Origin: Candidatus Latescibacterota bacterium
Lineage (GTDB): Bacteria; Latescibacterota; UBA2968; UBA8231
Reading direction: 5' to 3'
Assembly (NCBI GenBank): GCA_965217585.1
Contig: OZ244561.1
Coordinates: forward strand, 2,240,001 to 2,304,000
DNA length: 64,000 bases
In this document: piece by piece, positions 37,552 to 48,933 of the stretch
Position numbering within the stretch: the first letter of the stretch is position 1
Layout of the letters: each line of letters begins with the position of its first letter
The notes under the pieces: model-generated
What the model saw: only the letters and a program-made list of their open reading frames with translations
The model's database searches: none
Told to the model about the DNA's origin: nothing
Position numbers and translations under genes: made by a program

Positions 37552-39438
37552 TTACGACGCTTCGACGCACGCTTTGGCGATGCGGCCCTTCTTGCCGAAG
37601 ACGTTGACTGCCCGCGCTTCGAGCAGGTTTTCGCCCGCGGCGAGCGTCCACTCAAAGCGGGCCTCGCGCTCTTCGCGCCACGGACCGCCGTCCTGGCGCA
37701 CCAAGAAGTGCGAGAAGTTGGGCGCGGTGTGCTCTAGATCGACCTGCAGCGTACGCGCCTTTTCCGCCACCTGGAGGTAGAGCCGCGTCTGGTTGACCGA
37801 CCAGTAGAAGTCCCCGGTGCGAGAGGTCTGCAAGGAGTATTCGGCGTAGCGGGGATCGACATCGTCCGACCACCACAAATAGCCGTCCCAGTGGTACTGC
37901 CCGGAACCGTGGCGCAACTCGGCCGGCTCGGCGAAGATCAGGTGCGTGTTGCGCAGCGGAATGCCGAAGCGGCAGAAGACGTCGATATAGCTGGCCATGG
38001 GCTCGACGATCTTTTGCGGCAGCTTGTTGGCCATGATCTTTTCGCGCCGCTCGTCCGCAGCCGCCTCGTGCAGCTCCAAAGCGTTGATAGGCACGCCGTC
38101 GATTTCGTAGGTGGCGTCGAATTCGCGGGCCGGCCCGGCGTCTTCGAGGATCCACTTTTGCAACTCTTCGCACCAGACCTCGGCCAAGCAATGGTGATCG
38201 ACGACGATTGAGCGGGCCACCCACCCTAGGGACGAGGCGCAGCCGGCGAAAACCGCCCCGTAGTGGGTACACATGCCGAAGCCCCAGTCGCCCTTGGTGG
38301 TGTCGAGGACTTCGATGGGGTTCCAAGAAGGGCAGTGGGGATATTTGTCGGATTGCCAGCCCAGCCACTGGCTGTGGACCCAGTCGCGCAAAAGGGCTAG
38401 CTGTTCGAGTTCGGTTTTGCCGGCGGCGATGACCTCATCGAGGCGGTACTGTTTGCGCAGCCGCTCTTGGTGCGGGTGCAGTCCCATATAGGCAAAGGGG
38501 TACGAGCTGTACACGAGCTGGGGTTGGTCGAATTCTGCTCGCTTGAAGGGGGCGAGGCTTTGGGCGTCCTCCTCGATATCGGCTTCGAGGGTGACGGCTT
38601 GGAGCGTCGGGGTCTTGTTGGCCGCGTCGGTTGCAAGGATGGTGCGCCACTGCACAAAGCGCCCGGGCCACTGCAAGGCGGTGCACCGTTCCCAACCCGT
38701 CCAAGTGCGCGGGTCGAAGGAAGGCGTCGAACCCGTGCGTAGCTCGAAGTGTATCTGGGTCCCCTGCGGCTGGCGCATCCGCGCTTTCAGGTGCAGGCGG
38801 CGAATTCCCAGCCTCGGGGCAATGCGGCCGTTGCCGTCTTCGTCGGCGAGGTCGATAACCGGCGAGCAGAGCGTCCCTTGAGGAGGATGTCCCTTGATGC
38901 GCAGCCGTACTAGGTATTCGCCTTCGATGGCGCGGGCTTCGCCCAAGGTGCCTTGGTGCCAAGTCTTGCCGCCGTCAAAGCTGCGGCTCGAACGGCCTGA
39001 GGGCGCGTCGGCCAGACCGCCTGGGAAGGGGTCGATGTGCAACACGCCGCTGTGCGAGAAGACGAATTCGTTGGTGCCGTCTTTGAGGTATTTGGCGGCG
39101 ATTTTCTTGCGGTCCCAACCGCCGGTGAGCATGCGCTGGCGGTCTTGGCGGTGAGTGAGGACGTGGCCGTTGACTTGGAGCCGCATGGGTTTGTCGGCGG
39201 TGGATTTGTCGGCGTTGACGTAAAAGAGCAGTTCGGCTCCCTTGGTCTTGGCCGAGGGAATGTCGAATTCGACTTTTGCACAGGCGGCGGGGGTGAGTTC
39301 CTCGCAAATGTCGCCGTCAACGCCCATTTCGTTGGTGAGCATATAGGTGGGGGCGAGGCGGGCGGCGGGGGTGGTTTGGGCGTCGATGAAGCGGTCGCGG
39401 CGATAGTCGCGGAAGTCGGCGGTAGTGATGCGTTTCAT
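37552..39438 (-). CDS. Transglutaminase-like domain protein
   Basis: GMCTHYG...LGWVAR...HHCLAEVW...KWILED: Cys-His-Asp triad pattern; beta-rich N-terminal domains. Confidence 0.75.
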   Translation of the reverse strand: MKRITTADFRDYRRDRFIDAQTTPAARLAPTYMLTNEMGVDGDICEELTPAACAKVEFDIPSAKTKGAELLFYVNADKSTADKPMRLQVNGHVLTHRQDRQRMLTGGWDRKKIAAKYLKDGTNEFVFSHSGVLHIDPFPGGLADAPSGRSSRSFDGGKTWHQGTLGEARAIEGEYLVRLRIKGHPPQGTLCSPVIDLADEDGNGRIAPRLGIRRLHLKARMRQPQGTQIHFELRTGSTPSFDPRTWTGWERCTALQWPGRFVQWRTILATDAANKTPTLQAVTLEADIEEDAQSLAPFKRAEFDQPQLVYSSYPFAYMGLHPHQERLRKQYRLDEVIAAGKTELEQLALLRDWVHSQWLGWQSDKYPHCPSWNPIEVLDTTKGDWGFGMCTHYGAVFAGCASSLGWVARSIVVDHHCLAEVWCEELQKWILEDAGPAREFDATYEIDGVPINALELHEAAADERREKIMANKLPQKIVEPMASYIDVFCRFGIPLRNTHLIFAEPAELRHGSGQYHWDGYLWWSDDVDPRYAEYSLQTSRTGDFYWSVNQTRLYLQVAEKARTLQVDLEHTAPNFSHFLVRQDGGPWREEREARFEWTLAAGENLLEARAVNVFGKKGRIAKACVEAS

Positions 39439-39599
39439 GGTAGGCTCCTGAGTGGGGGTCTAGGCGGGGAATGTATGAGGTGATATAGGCTGGGGCAAAC
39501 TTGGGGTGCCGCATTGATTTTTTGACAAGTGAGCGATGATCGAAAAAGTGCTTGACCTTTGGGAGAGTTCACATATTTTCTGCATCGAATGTAACCGTG

Positions 39600-39608
39600 T
39601 GATATAAT
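39600..39608 (+). promoter_or_regulatory. Extended -10 promoter (TGnTATAAT) for the Ig-repeat gene
   Basis: TGATATAAT about 195 bp upstream of ATG 39802, in an AT-rich divergent intergenic region. Confidence 0.55.
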
Positions 39609-39801
39609 TAGGCATAGTCATGCCGACACGGACGCAAACCGAAATTACAGGACCCTATCCCGATAAAAACGTTTAGCATCAGTCGAGAGGCGCTGAGATG
39701 GAGCCTTTTTCGAGGGTGAGACACCCTCGCTCTTAAGGTTGTTTTCTGTGCACAAGGGACGGCACGAGGAATTTTAAAACGGACTCTAAGGAGTTAAAGC
39801 A

Positions 39802-41859
<2,058 letters not shown>

Positions 41860-42035
41860 GGGGGATGGTGGCGTGGCCGCTGGCAAGGCCAATCTAGCCG
41901 CTGAGCATGGAGCCGATGTAGCCATCCCCATCTCATCGCTGGCCAGTCGCTGAACCTACCACGACACCAATATACGCTCGATCTCAAGCGCAGGTAGGTA
42001 AACCAAGCCCATCCAACGCCCTGTTCCACACGACG

Positions 42036-42072
42036 ACAGCCCAGACCGCTTTGAGTGGTCTGGGCTGTTTTT
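42036..42072 (+). terminator. Intrinsic terminator
   Basis: ACAGCCCAGACC-GCTTTGAGT-GGTCTGGGCTGT followed by TTTT. Confidence 0.8.
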
Positions 42073-42095
42073 GTAGATGCGCTAGCCGCAAAAGA

Positions 42096-42436
42096 TCAGT
42101 GAGCGCAAGTAAGGTAATCACTCAGCTTTCTCAATAGACGTTTGTGCCGTTCGGCCGAGATGGAACCCATAGAGCCAAGTACGCTATGACGCGGTAACAC
42201 AGCGAGAAAGCCAAGTCGAATCAGAGATGTTGATCGCAGACCACTCGACTTGAAATCCTCGTCGGCAGAAGAAATAATTTCGTCAAAGTTCTCGACATAC
42301 TGAGGTAACTGTGTGCTTACACCGCAAACGAGCAAATCGCGATAGGGCGGCATTTCCCGTAGGAAAATGGCAGGTCTGTTCTTTAGTCTCCATCGGCCTG
42401 AGGCACTGGTGTAATAACGACGTCACCTTCCTTCAT
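42096..42436 (-). pseudogene. PemK/MazF-like toxin with a 1-bp frameshift
   Basis: MKEGDVVITPVPQADG stops at GGA GAC TAA; the other frame continues RLKNRPAIFLREMPPYRDLLVCGVSTQ...SGLRSTSLIR; span is 341 bp, one short of a multiple of 3. Confidence 0.8.
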
Positions 42437-42665
42437 AGTCGGGATTCACCTCTTTGAGCAACTCCGATGAATACTCAGGTTCGTTCTCGCCGTAGGCATC
42501 TTTTAGTCTTTGACCGGATAAATGCAACCAAGCTGCATACTCACTGTCAGATTCTCGTCCTGGTAGAATAGTGACAATCAGTTTCGCATTCGGTTCTAGG
42601 TCAAATGGCTCATCCAAGCAAATGCGCTCCCCGTCAAAATGGGCGGGCACAGCTATCATGGGCAT
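42423..42665 (-). CDS. Putative antitoxin of the PemK/MazF-like toxin
   Basis: 80 aa; AHFDGERICLDEP...AYGENEPEYS; AAGGAGG RBS; overlaps the toxin start. Confidence 0.7.
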   Translation of the reverse strand: MPMIAVPAHFDGERICLDEPFDLEPNAKLIVTILPGRESDSEYAAWLHLSGQRLKDAYGENEPEYSSELLKEVNPDYEGR

Positions 42666-42765
42666 AGTCAATTCCTCCTTAGCCTAGAAAATAGGGAATT
42701 CCTTTTAGATATCGCAGGTAAAACGCTCAAAACTTGACAGCTTCTACGGAGTCCCACGCCCAAAT

Positions 42766-43536
42766 TCAGCCGAGAAGGCCCTCAACGTATTGGCGCGCGG
42801 CAATGGCCGCCGGGAGTGGCGCGTCCCAATCGACGTCTTCAAGCTCGACGACGAGGGGGGCGTCGTAATTGCTATCCATTAACAGCTCTAACAACTCCGC
42901 AAAGGGCAGTTCGCCTTCCCCGAAGGGCACGGGCTTTTCGCCCTGCTGGTCGCGCAGGTGGACGAGACCAATGCGCCCGGCGAGCGCTTCGGCAAAGGGC
43001 ATAATCGGCTCGCCGACCGAGAGCAGGTGGCCGGTGTCCAAGAGCACGCGCGCCCGTTCGGGCAGCTCGGGCATCACCGCTTGGTAGTCAGCCAGTCCTT
43101 GGAGGCGGTTGCCTTGGTGATTGCCCAAGTTGAGGGCGATATCGGGGATGTTGTCGAGGAGCGTGTTGACGCCTTCGATGAGGTCGGCGCACGCCTCGTC
43201 CGTGCGGGCACCGCCCTTCGTGTTCAGGGTTTTGATGCCAAGGGCGCGGCCCAAGTGGATGTCCCATTCGAGCTGGCGCAGGTTGTAGGCGAGGTTGCGC
43301 TCGTCGGAATCGGCTTTGCGGCCGGTGAGGTTGCGGATGTTGAAACCGGCAAGCTGTAGGCTGGCGTCCGCAATGGCGGTGCGGACCATTGGCACAGACC
43401 AGTCGTGGTGGACGGGGGTGCTTTCGGTATAAGCGCGGAAGAGTTCAAGGCGGGAGAAGCCGGCCGTCTTGGCAAGGTCGAGCACCTCGGGCAAGAGAAG
43501 GTCTGGGCAGAGGGTCGGGCTGAAGACGAGGGGCAT
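42766..43536 (-). CDS. Sugar phosphate isomerase/epimerase (xylose isomerase-like TIM barrel)
   Basis: AGFSRLEL; NHQG; LLDTGH; VHLRD; PFGEGELP; VVELE. Confidence 0.85.
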   Translation of the reverse strand: MPLVFSPTLCPDLLLPEVLDLAKTAGFSRLELFRAYTESTPVHHDWSVPMVRTAIADASLQLAGFNIRNLTGRKADSDERNLAYNLRQLEWDIHLGRALGIKTLNTKGGARTDEACADLIEGVNTLLDNIPDIALNLGNHQGNRLQGLADYQAVMPELPERARVLLDTGHLLSVGEPIMPFAEALAGRIGLVHLRDQQGEKPVPFGEGELPFAELLELLMDSNYDAPLVVELEDVDWDAPLPAAIAARQYVEGLLG

Positions 43537-44288
43537 CAGCCAATCCCCTCCCAATGCGCCCATTGATCGTCGCAGGTCTCGAAGCGGATATCGTTGGTGT
43601 CTTTGCGCGAGAAGCGGCCGATGAGGGCCATGCGGATATTGCGATTGACGTTCTTGGAACCCGTGTGAAAGAGCTGGCCGTGCCAGAAGATGGCATCGCC
43701 GGCTTGGCCGACGAATTCACTCCCTTTGGGGAAGGTTCCCTCCGCAAATACGTCGCTGGAAACGCCGCCCTGTACCGACAGCAGCGAGTGCGTCTGGAAG
43801 TACTCGTATGCCACGTTGTGACTGCCGGGCCAATAGGTGAAGCAGCCGCCCTGCGAGTCGATGTCCTCGACGTAGATCGTGACGTTGATGGTCATGTAGC
43901 CGACCGTGCCTTCGGGTACGCCGTTGGTAGGAGTATAGTAGCCGTCGAGATGGCCGCGCTCGGGCAAGGACCAAGCCTTGTCTTTGGCCGGGTACACCAG
44001 CGCCGGCCCAGCGTTGTTGGGATTGAGCTGATCCTCGCCGACCATTTCCTCCATCATCGCAAAGAGCGGCGACTCGTGGACGGCGGCGCGGATGGCCGGG
44101 TGATGAGCGGGTACAGGAGCGCGCGGCCCGGCTTCGACCCAAGTTGCAGGATCGTCGCGGTCGGCGTCAATGCCGCTCCAGAGGGCGGCCTGAGCGGCCT
44201 GAATTTGCGCAGACGTGAGTGCGCCGCGGACGATGAGACAGCCGTTTTCCTTAAAGGAACGCTTGTCTGCGGAGGTGAGATGAGGCAT
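43536..44288 (-). CDS. PhyH-family dioxygenase
   Basis: FKENGCLIVRG; GHLDG; GGCFTYWPGSH; GQAGDAIFWHGQLFHTG. Confidence 0.87.
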   Translation of the reverse strand: MPHLTSADKRSFKENGCLIVRGALTSAQIQAAQAALWSGIDADRDDPATWVEAGPRAPVPAHHPAIRAAVHESPLFAMMEEMVGEDQLNPNNAGPALVYPAKDKAWSLPERGHLDGYYTPTNGVPEGTVGYMTINVTIYVEDIDSQGGCFTYWPGSHNVAYEYFQTHSLLSVQGGVSSDVFAEGTFPKGSEFVGQAGDAIFWHGQLFHTGSKNVNRNIRMALIGRFSRKDTNDIRFETCDDQWAHWEGIG

Positions 44289-44358
44289 GGCGGGACCTTT
44301 CCAATGCGGTTGAAAAGGCAAATATAGATCAGCTAAAAAGGGGTGTCCATTTGCCGAC

Positions 44359-44384
44359 GTAGGGGCGACCGGCCGGTCGCCCCT
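44359..44384 (+). repeat. GTAG-type REP-like palindrome
   Basis: GT-AGGGGCGACCGG-CCGGTCGCCCCT: perfect palindrome with a GTAG start, in an intergenic position. Confidence 0.6.
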
Positions 44385-45254
44385 TCAGACGACGATCGCT
44401 TGGTCTAAGGCGCGGATATAGCCAATAGTCCAAGCTAGCCCCGCGGCGTGGTCGCCGGCGATGGCCGGGAAGTGCTCGGAGTAAATCTGGCCCTTGTAGT
44501 CGATCTCTTTGAGGGCGCGGATGGTGCCGACCATATCGACTTCTCCCTGGCCGAAGGGCACTTCGAGGTAGCCTAGGTTCGCCAGCCGCTGCTCGATTTC
44601 CGGGGAAGTCGATCCCTGGGGCTTGGTGGCGATGTCGCGTACGTGGACCATAAAGACCTTGTCACCGAAGTGGCGGATGGTGTCGGGCAGGCTGTCGCCG
44701 GCCATTTGCGACTTGCCTTGGCAGAAGGTCAGGCCGTGGGCCGGCGAGTCGGTTGCAGCCATTAGATTGGTAAAGGTCTCTCTGTTCCAGATCAGGCGGT
44801 CGGGCACGTGAAACGTGTGGGTAGAAATCCGCACGCCGGCCTCTTCGCCGATTTGGCCGAGTTCTTGGAAGATCTCCACCAAGCCCTGCCAGTGCGTCTG
44901 CCGCTGGTCTGGGTCGGTGGGGGCCGCGTCGGCACTGAGGTAGAAATGCACGATAGGTATCTGCGCGTGGCCCATGTTTTCGATCAGGCGGCGCATGTAC
45001 CCCACTTCGCGCGTGCGGGCCGCATCGTCAACGCAGGCGTCGAGGCTGAGACGAGGCGGGGTCAGCCCGGCCAGCACAACTTCGGCGGCGGCGTATTGGT
45101 CGGTTAGCGCCGCGAGCGCGTCGGCCGCGGGCGCGTCGTCGGAAGAGATTTGGCCGGTGTTCAAGACGATGTGGGTAGCGCCGGCGTCGCGGCAATAGGC
45201 GATGTTGCGAGCGTGGTCGGCCCCAAAGGGGGCGAAGATGCCGATGTCGAACAT
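44385..45254 (-). CDS. Xylose isomerase-like TIM barrel protein (mannonate dehydratase UxuA-like)
   Basis: AEVVLAG; RRLIENMG; GLTFCQG; VHVRD; PFGQGEVDM; EH..IAGD..AWTIGYIRAL. Confidence 0.75.
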   Translation of the reverse strand: MFDIGIFAPFGADHARNIAYCRDAGATHIVLNTGQISSDDAPAADALAALTDQYAAAEVVLAGLTPPRLSLDACVDDAARTREVGYMRRLIENMGHAQIPIVHFYLSADAAPTDPDQRQTHWQGLVEIFQELGQIGEEAGVRISTHTFHVPDRLIWNRETFTNLMAATDSPAHGLTFCQGKSQMAGDSLPDTIRHFGDKVFMVHVRDIATKPQGSTSPEIEQRLANLGYLEVPFGQGEVDMVGTIRALKEIDYKGQIYSEHFPAIAGDHAAGLAWTIGYIRALDQAIVV

Positions 45255-45280
45255 GAGTTCCTCCTCAGTGTACATAAAAA

Positions 45281-45355
45281 TGGTGCTCCCACGGAGAGTC
45301 GAACTCCGGTTACAGGGTTGAAAACCCTGGGTCCTGACCGCTAGACGATGGGAGC
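45281..45355 (-). tRNA. tRNA-Glu (anticodon UUC)
   Basis: GCTCCCATCGTCTAGCGGTCAGGACCCAGGGTTTTCAACCCTGTAACCGGAGTTCGACTCTCCGTGGGAGCACCA: cloverleaf, TTCGA T-loop, encoded CCA. Confidence 0.97.
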
Positions 45356-45417
45356 ACGCAAGGGGAAAAAATATAGAGATAGCCCTGGATATTGGCAAGC
45401 CATCCAGCCGCACCTTG

Positions 45418-46818
45418 CTAGGCGAAATCGTCGAGCGCGGGCGTGAGGAGATTGTAGTCGGTGGCTTGCTCAAAAGCGCGGGCGAGGCGCAGCAGTCGCG
45501 CCTCGTCGCGGGGGTGGCCGATGAGCTGCAAGCCGATGGGCAAGCCATCATGCGTGAACCCGCAGGGCAGGGATACGGCGCATAGATCGAGGAGATTGGC
45601 CGCGATGGTGTTGCGCAAGCAGAGGCCATTGATGGGGAAATAGACATCGTCGCGATCGATCTCGTCGAGAATCGGGGCGGCAAAAGGGGTGGTTGGGGTG
45701 ATGAGAAAATCGACATTTTCAAGGGCCATGCGGGCTTTGCGGCGCAGCTCGTCGCGCGCTCTCATCTGTCGGAGGAAGTCCGCAGCGAGGATATCGCGAC
45801 CGTCGAGGATGCGCGCCGAGACAATGGGGTCGAACTGATCGAGGTGCGCTTCGAGGTTGTGCCGGTGATAGAGATAGGCTTCGACGGCTGTGGTGCTGGG
45901 CCCGCTGCGCCATTCGGCTAGGTCGTCGAGCACCTCGAGCGATATTTCATCGACATAGACGCCGAGGTCGGCGAAAACGCGCGCCGAGGCACGCACTGCC
46001 GCTTCGACCTCCGCATCGACATCGTCCCAGAAAAACTCGCGCGGGAAGCAGAGCCGGAGGCCGGCGACCTCCCCTTCCAAATGATCCACAATCGAACCAC
46101 CGGGCAGGGGGTCCGCCATGGCTTGGAACAACAGGGCGCAGTCTTGCGCCGTGCGGCACAAAGGGCCGATGCTGTCGAGGGTGGGGTCGAGGGGCAAAAC
46201 GCCGGTGTTGGGGAGCAGGCCAAAGGTGGGCTTGAGGCCGGTAAGGCCGCAAAAGGACGAGGGAATTCGCACCGAGCCGCCGGTATCCGAGCCGAGGGCG
46301 GCCGCTGCCAGTCCAGCCGCCACGGCCACGCCCGAGCCAGCAGACGACCCGCCCGGTAGGCGGTGGGTTTCGGGATCCCAGGGGTTGACCGGGGTACCGT
46401 AGTGATGGTTGACGCCGGTGCCGCCAAAAGCGAATTCCACGAGATGCGTTTTGCCCAAGAGCACGACGCCCGCGGCAAAGAGGCGGCGGGCAACTGTGGC
46501 GTCGGCTGCGGCGATGTTGTCGCGCAGCAGGGTCGAGCCGCCGGTGGTAGGTAGATCCGCGACATCCACGAGATCCTTAAAGGCGAGGGGAATGCCGTGC
46601 AAGGGGCCGAGATAGGTGCCGGCCGAGATTTGCGCTTCGGCAGCGCGGGCTTGGGCCCGCGCCCGCTCTGACGTGACGGCGAGATAGGCATTGAGCGCCG
46701 GATCGTATTGCTCGATGCGCTCTAGGTAGAGTTCGGTGAGTTCGAGCGGGGAGAGTTCGCCGCGGCGGATCAGGGTGGCGAGTTCGGCGATGGGGGCAAA
46801 CGCTAGGGCATCATCCAT
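45418..46818 (-). CDS. Amidase signature-family amidase
   Basis: GPLHGIPLAFKD; GKTHLVEFA; PGGSSAGS; GSDTGGSVRIPS. Confidence 0.92.
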   Translation of the reverse strand: MDDALAFAPIAELATLIRRGELSPLELTELYLERIEQYDPALNAYLAVTSERARAQARAAEAQISAGTYLGPLHGIPLAFKDLVDVADLPTTGGSTLLRDNIAAADATVARRLFAAGVVLLGKTHLVEFAFGGTGVNHHYGTPVNPWDPETHRLPGGSSAGSGVAVAAGLAAAALGSDTGGSVRIPSSFCGLTGLKPTFGLLPNTGVLPLDPTLDSIGPLCRTAQDCALLFQAMADPLPGGSIVDHLEGEVAGLRLCFPREFFWDDVDAEVEAAVRASARVFADLGVYVDEISLEVLDDLAEWRSGPSTTAVEAYLYHRHNLEAHLDQFDPIVSARILDGRDILAADFLRQMRARDELRRKARMALENVDFLITPTTPFAAPILDEIDRDDVYFPINGLCLRNTIAANLLDLCAVSLPCGFTHDGLPIGLQLIGHPRDEARLLRLARAFEQATDYNLLTPALDDFA

Positions 46819-46838
46819 GAGGCGACCTATGCTAAGGG

Positions 46839-48644
46839 TTAATCCAACAGGGAAAATCCGGCGTAGCCAAGGCGGTCTTCCGCGCCTTCGACGCCGCCTT
46901 GGGGAAAGTACTCCCCCCAGCGCCGGCTGACCTTTTGCGCCGTTTCTTCGTCCGTTATCAGCTCGTCTGGATATCCGGGTTTCATGCGGCAATCCAAGAC
47001 GATCGGCGGCGTATAACAGGGGTGATGGCGACGGAGCTGGACGGCGGCGGCATACGTGTCGGCAGCCGGCTCAAAGCGGGTAAAGGTGCTCCAGAGAAAG
47101 GTGATGTTCTTGGCGGCCGCAGCGGCGTCGTCAACCAAGAATATCAGTGGCCAAGCTGCGACGGCCCGGTCTTCGGCGAGGTGTTGGGCGTAGCCGGGAT
47201 CTTCTGCGTACGTCGGGCCTTGGATCGCGAGGGCACCAGGGCAATAGACCGCAGCGGCGCGGGCCCCGCCGGGCAGGTCGCCGCTGAATTCTCCGGGCAA
47301 TTCGCCGACTGGATCGCCCACGCCTAGGAGGATTCCTTTGCTGCCTTGGTTCACGGCCGGTCCTGTGTAGTCGAGGGTGTCCATGGCGAGATTGGCGATG
47401 ACGAAAAGGTCGGTTTCGAGCCGCGCTCGCGCTAGGGCATACGCGAGTACCTGCCGGAAGTCGCCCAAGTCCAAGGGGCGATCTATGACGACCAAGAACT
47501 TGGTGAGGTTGAGTTGGCCGCCGTCCTCGCCCAAGATGCGAAAGGCGAATTTCATGGCCTCGCGTGGATAGCGCTCTTCGACGACGATGGTCGCCAGCGA
47601 GTGATAGCCGGTCTCGCCGTAGCTCCACATGGCCTTGATCGCGGGCATTACCAGCTTGCTCAAGGGCGTCATGAGCTGCTGGATGTAGGTGCCGAGGAAC
47701 ATGTCTTCCTGCGGCGGTTTGCCGACTACGGTGGCCGGGAAGATGGCGTCTTTGCGGTGGTAGAGGCGCTTGGCTTGGAGTACCGGGTAGTCGTGTTGCA
47801 GCGAGTAATAGCCATAGTGATCGCCGAAAGGCCCTTCGGGTTTGCGCACGTGCGGCGGCACCACGCCCTCAATGGCGAATTCGGCTTCGGCGATCAGGGG
47901 CAGACTGGAGCCTTGCACGCGGCGCAGGCGCTCGCCCTGCAACAGGGAGGCCAACATCAGCTCGGGCAAGTCCTCGGGCAGGGGCGCGATGGCCGCGAGG
48001 ATCAGCGCTGGCGGCCCGCCGACGAAGATGACCAGCGGCAGGTCTTCGCCTCGCTGCTCGGCGACGTGGTAGTGGAAACCTCCGCCTTTCTGGATTTGCC
48101 AGTGTACGCCGAGGGTCTGGGAATCGTGGCGCTGGATGCGGTACATGCCGAGGTTGTGATGGCCGGTATCGGGGTGTTCGGTATAGACCAGCGGCAGGGT
48201 GATGAAGTGCCCGCCGTCCTCCGGCCAGGTTTTGAGCAGGGGTAGGCGCGTAAGGTCGGGGGGCGACTGCACGCATTCGCCGACGGGGCCTTTGCCGACG
48301 GTCTTAAGCCCGACCTTGAGCGCGGCGGGGATCAGGTTTTTGTGCGGCCAGAGCTTGCCCGGCGAAAGCGATGGCAGGTCTTGGGCGAGTTGCACTAGCT
48401 GTTGGATAAACTGTTCCGGCCTAGGGCCGAAGGCCAGATCGACGCGCCGGGCAGTGCCGAAGAGGTTGGTGACGCAGGGAAAGTCCGCGCCTTCGACGTG
48501 GGTAAAGAGCAGGGCCGGGCCAGCGGCGGCAAGGACGCGGCGATGGATCTCGGCGATTTCGAGATCCGAAGAGACTGGGGCGTCAACGGTGACGAGCTCG
48601 CCTTCGCGGCGCAGAAGAGCGAGAAATTGGCGCAGGTTGTGCAT
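46839..48644 (-). CDS. UbiD-family (prFMN-dependent) decarboxylase, long form
   Basis: LEIAEIHRR; TNLFGT; NLGMYR; EGPFGDHYGYY; VVGKPPQED; DTLDYTGP. Confidence 0.92.
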   Translation of the reverse strand: MHNLRQFLALLRREGELVTVDAPVSSDLEIAEIHRRVLAAAGPALLFTHVEGADFPCVTNLFGTARRVDLAFGPRPEQFIQQLVQLAQDLPSLSPGKLWPHKNLIPAALKVGLKTVGKGPVGECVQSPPDLTRLPLLKTWPEDGGHFITLPLVYTEHPDTGHHNLGMYRIQRHDSQTLGVHWQIQKGGGFHYHVAEQRGEDLPLVIFVGGPPALILAAIAPLPEDLPELMLASLLQGERLRRVQGSSLPLIAEAEFAIEGVVPPHVRKPEGPFGDHYGYYSLQHDYPVLQAKRLYHRKDAIFPATVVGKPPQEDMFLGTYIQQLMTPLSKLVMPAIKAMWSYGETGYHSLATIVVEERYPREAMKFAFRILGEDGGQLNLTKFLVVIDRPLDLGDFRQVLAYALARARLETDLFVIANLAMDTLDYTGPAVNQGSKGILLGVGDPVGELPGEFSGDLPGGARAAAVYCPGALAIQGPTYAEDPGYAQHLAEDRAVAAWPLIFLVDDAAAAAKNITFLWSTFTRFEPAADTYAAAVQLRRHHPCYTPPIVLDCRMKPGYPDELITDEETAQKVSRRWGEYFPQGGVEGAEDRLGYAGFSLLD

Positions 48645-48740
48645 GGGCGGCCTAGGGCGGGAGGTGGAAGGTCGGGTTGGTCTTGAATATATTAAAGCCA
48701 AATTTCTAAAACATCCCCATTCCCCTCCGGAGACGATCAC

Positions 48741-48923
48741 ATGAAAACGAAGAAGGCGTTTGATTGCGTTGATATGAAAAGCCGTGGTGCAGAACAAATT
48801 CACGATCAAATCGCAAACATGACAATCGAAGAACAGCTAGCTTTCTGGCAAGAACGTACCGAGTTGCTGCGAAAGCGTCAGCAAGCGGTAAAAACGAGAC
48901 GCAAAACATCTCTCTATTCCTGA
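48741..48923 (+). CDS. Small protein, probable orphan antitoxin of a PIN-type TA pair
   Basis: 60 aa [18 protein letters not shown]...[10 protein letters not shown]; preceded by an ATGA-coupled stub ending HSPPETIT*. Confidence 0.55.
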   Translation: MKTKKAFDCVDMKSRGAEQIHDQIANMTIEEQLAFWQERTELLRKRQQAVKTRRKTSLYS

Positions 48924-48933
48924 AAGGTTTTAT

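Noticed and set aside
39620-39700. c-di-GMP-I, TPP or lysine riboswitch
   Set aside because: Only isolated words match (GGACGCAAA, GCTGAGA, AGAGGCGC); the order and remaining conserved elements are missing
45281-45300. tRNA-Glu 3' end as an island attachment site
   Set aside because: I found no duplicate of the tRNA 3' end and no integrase in the window (searched by eye only)
45281-46818. Amidase next to tRNA-Glu as GatA of a tRNA transamidation system
   Set aside because: No gatB/gatC nearby and the sequence looks like a generic amidase; adjacency is probably incidental
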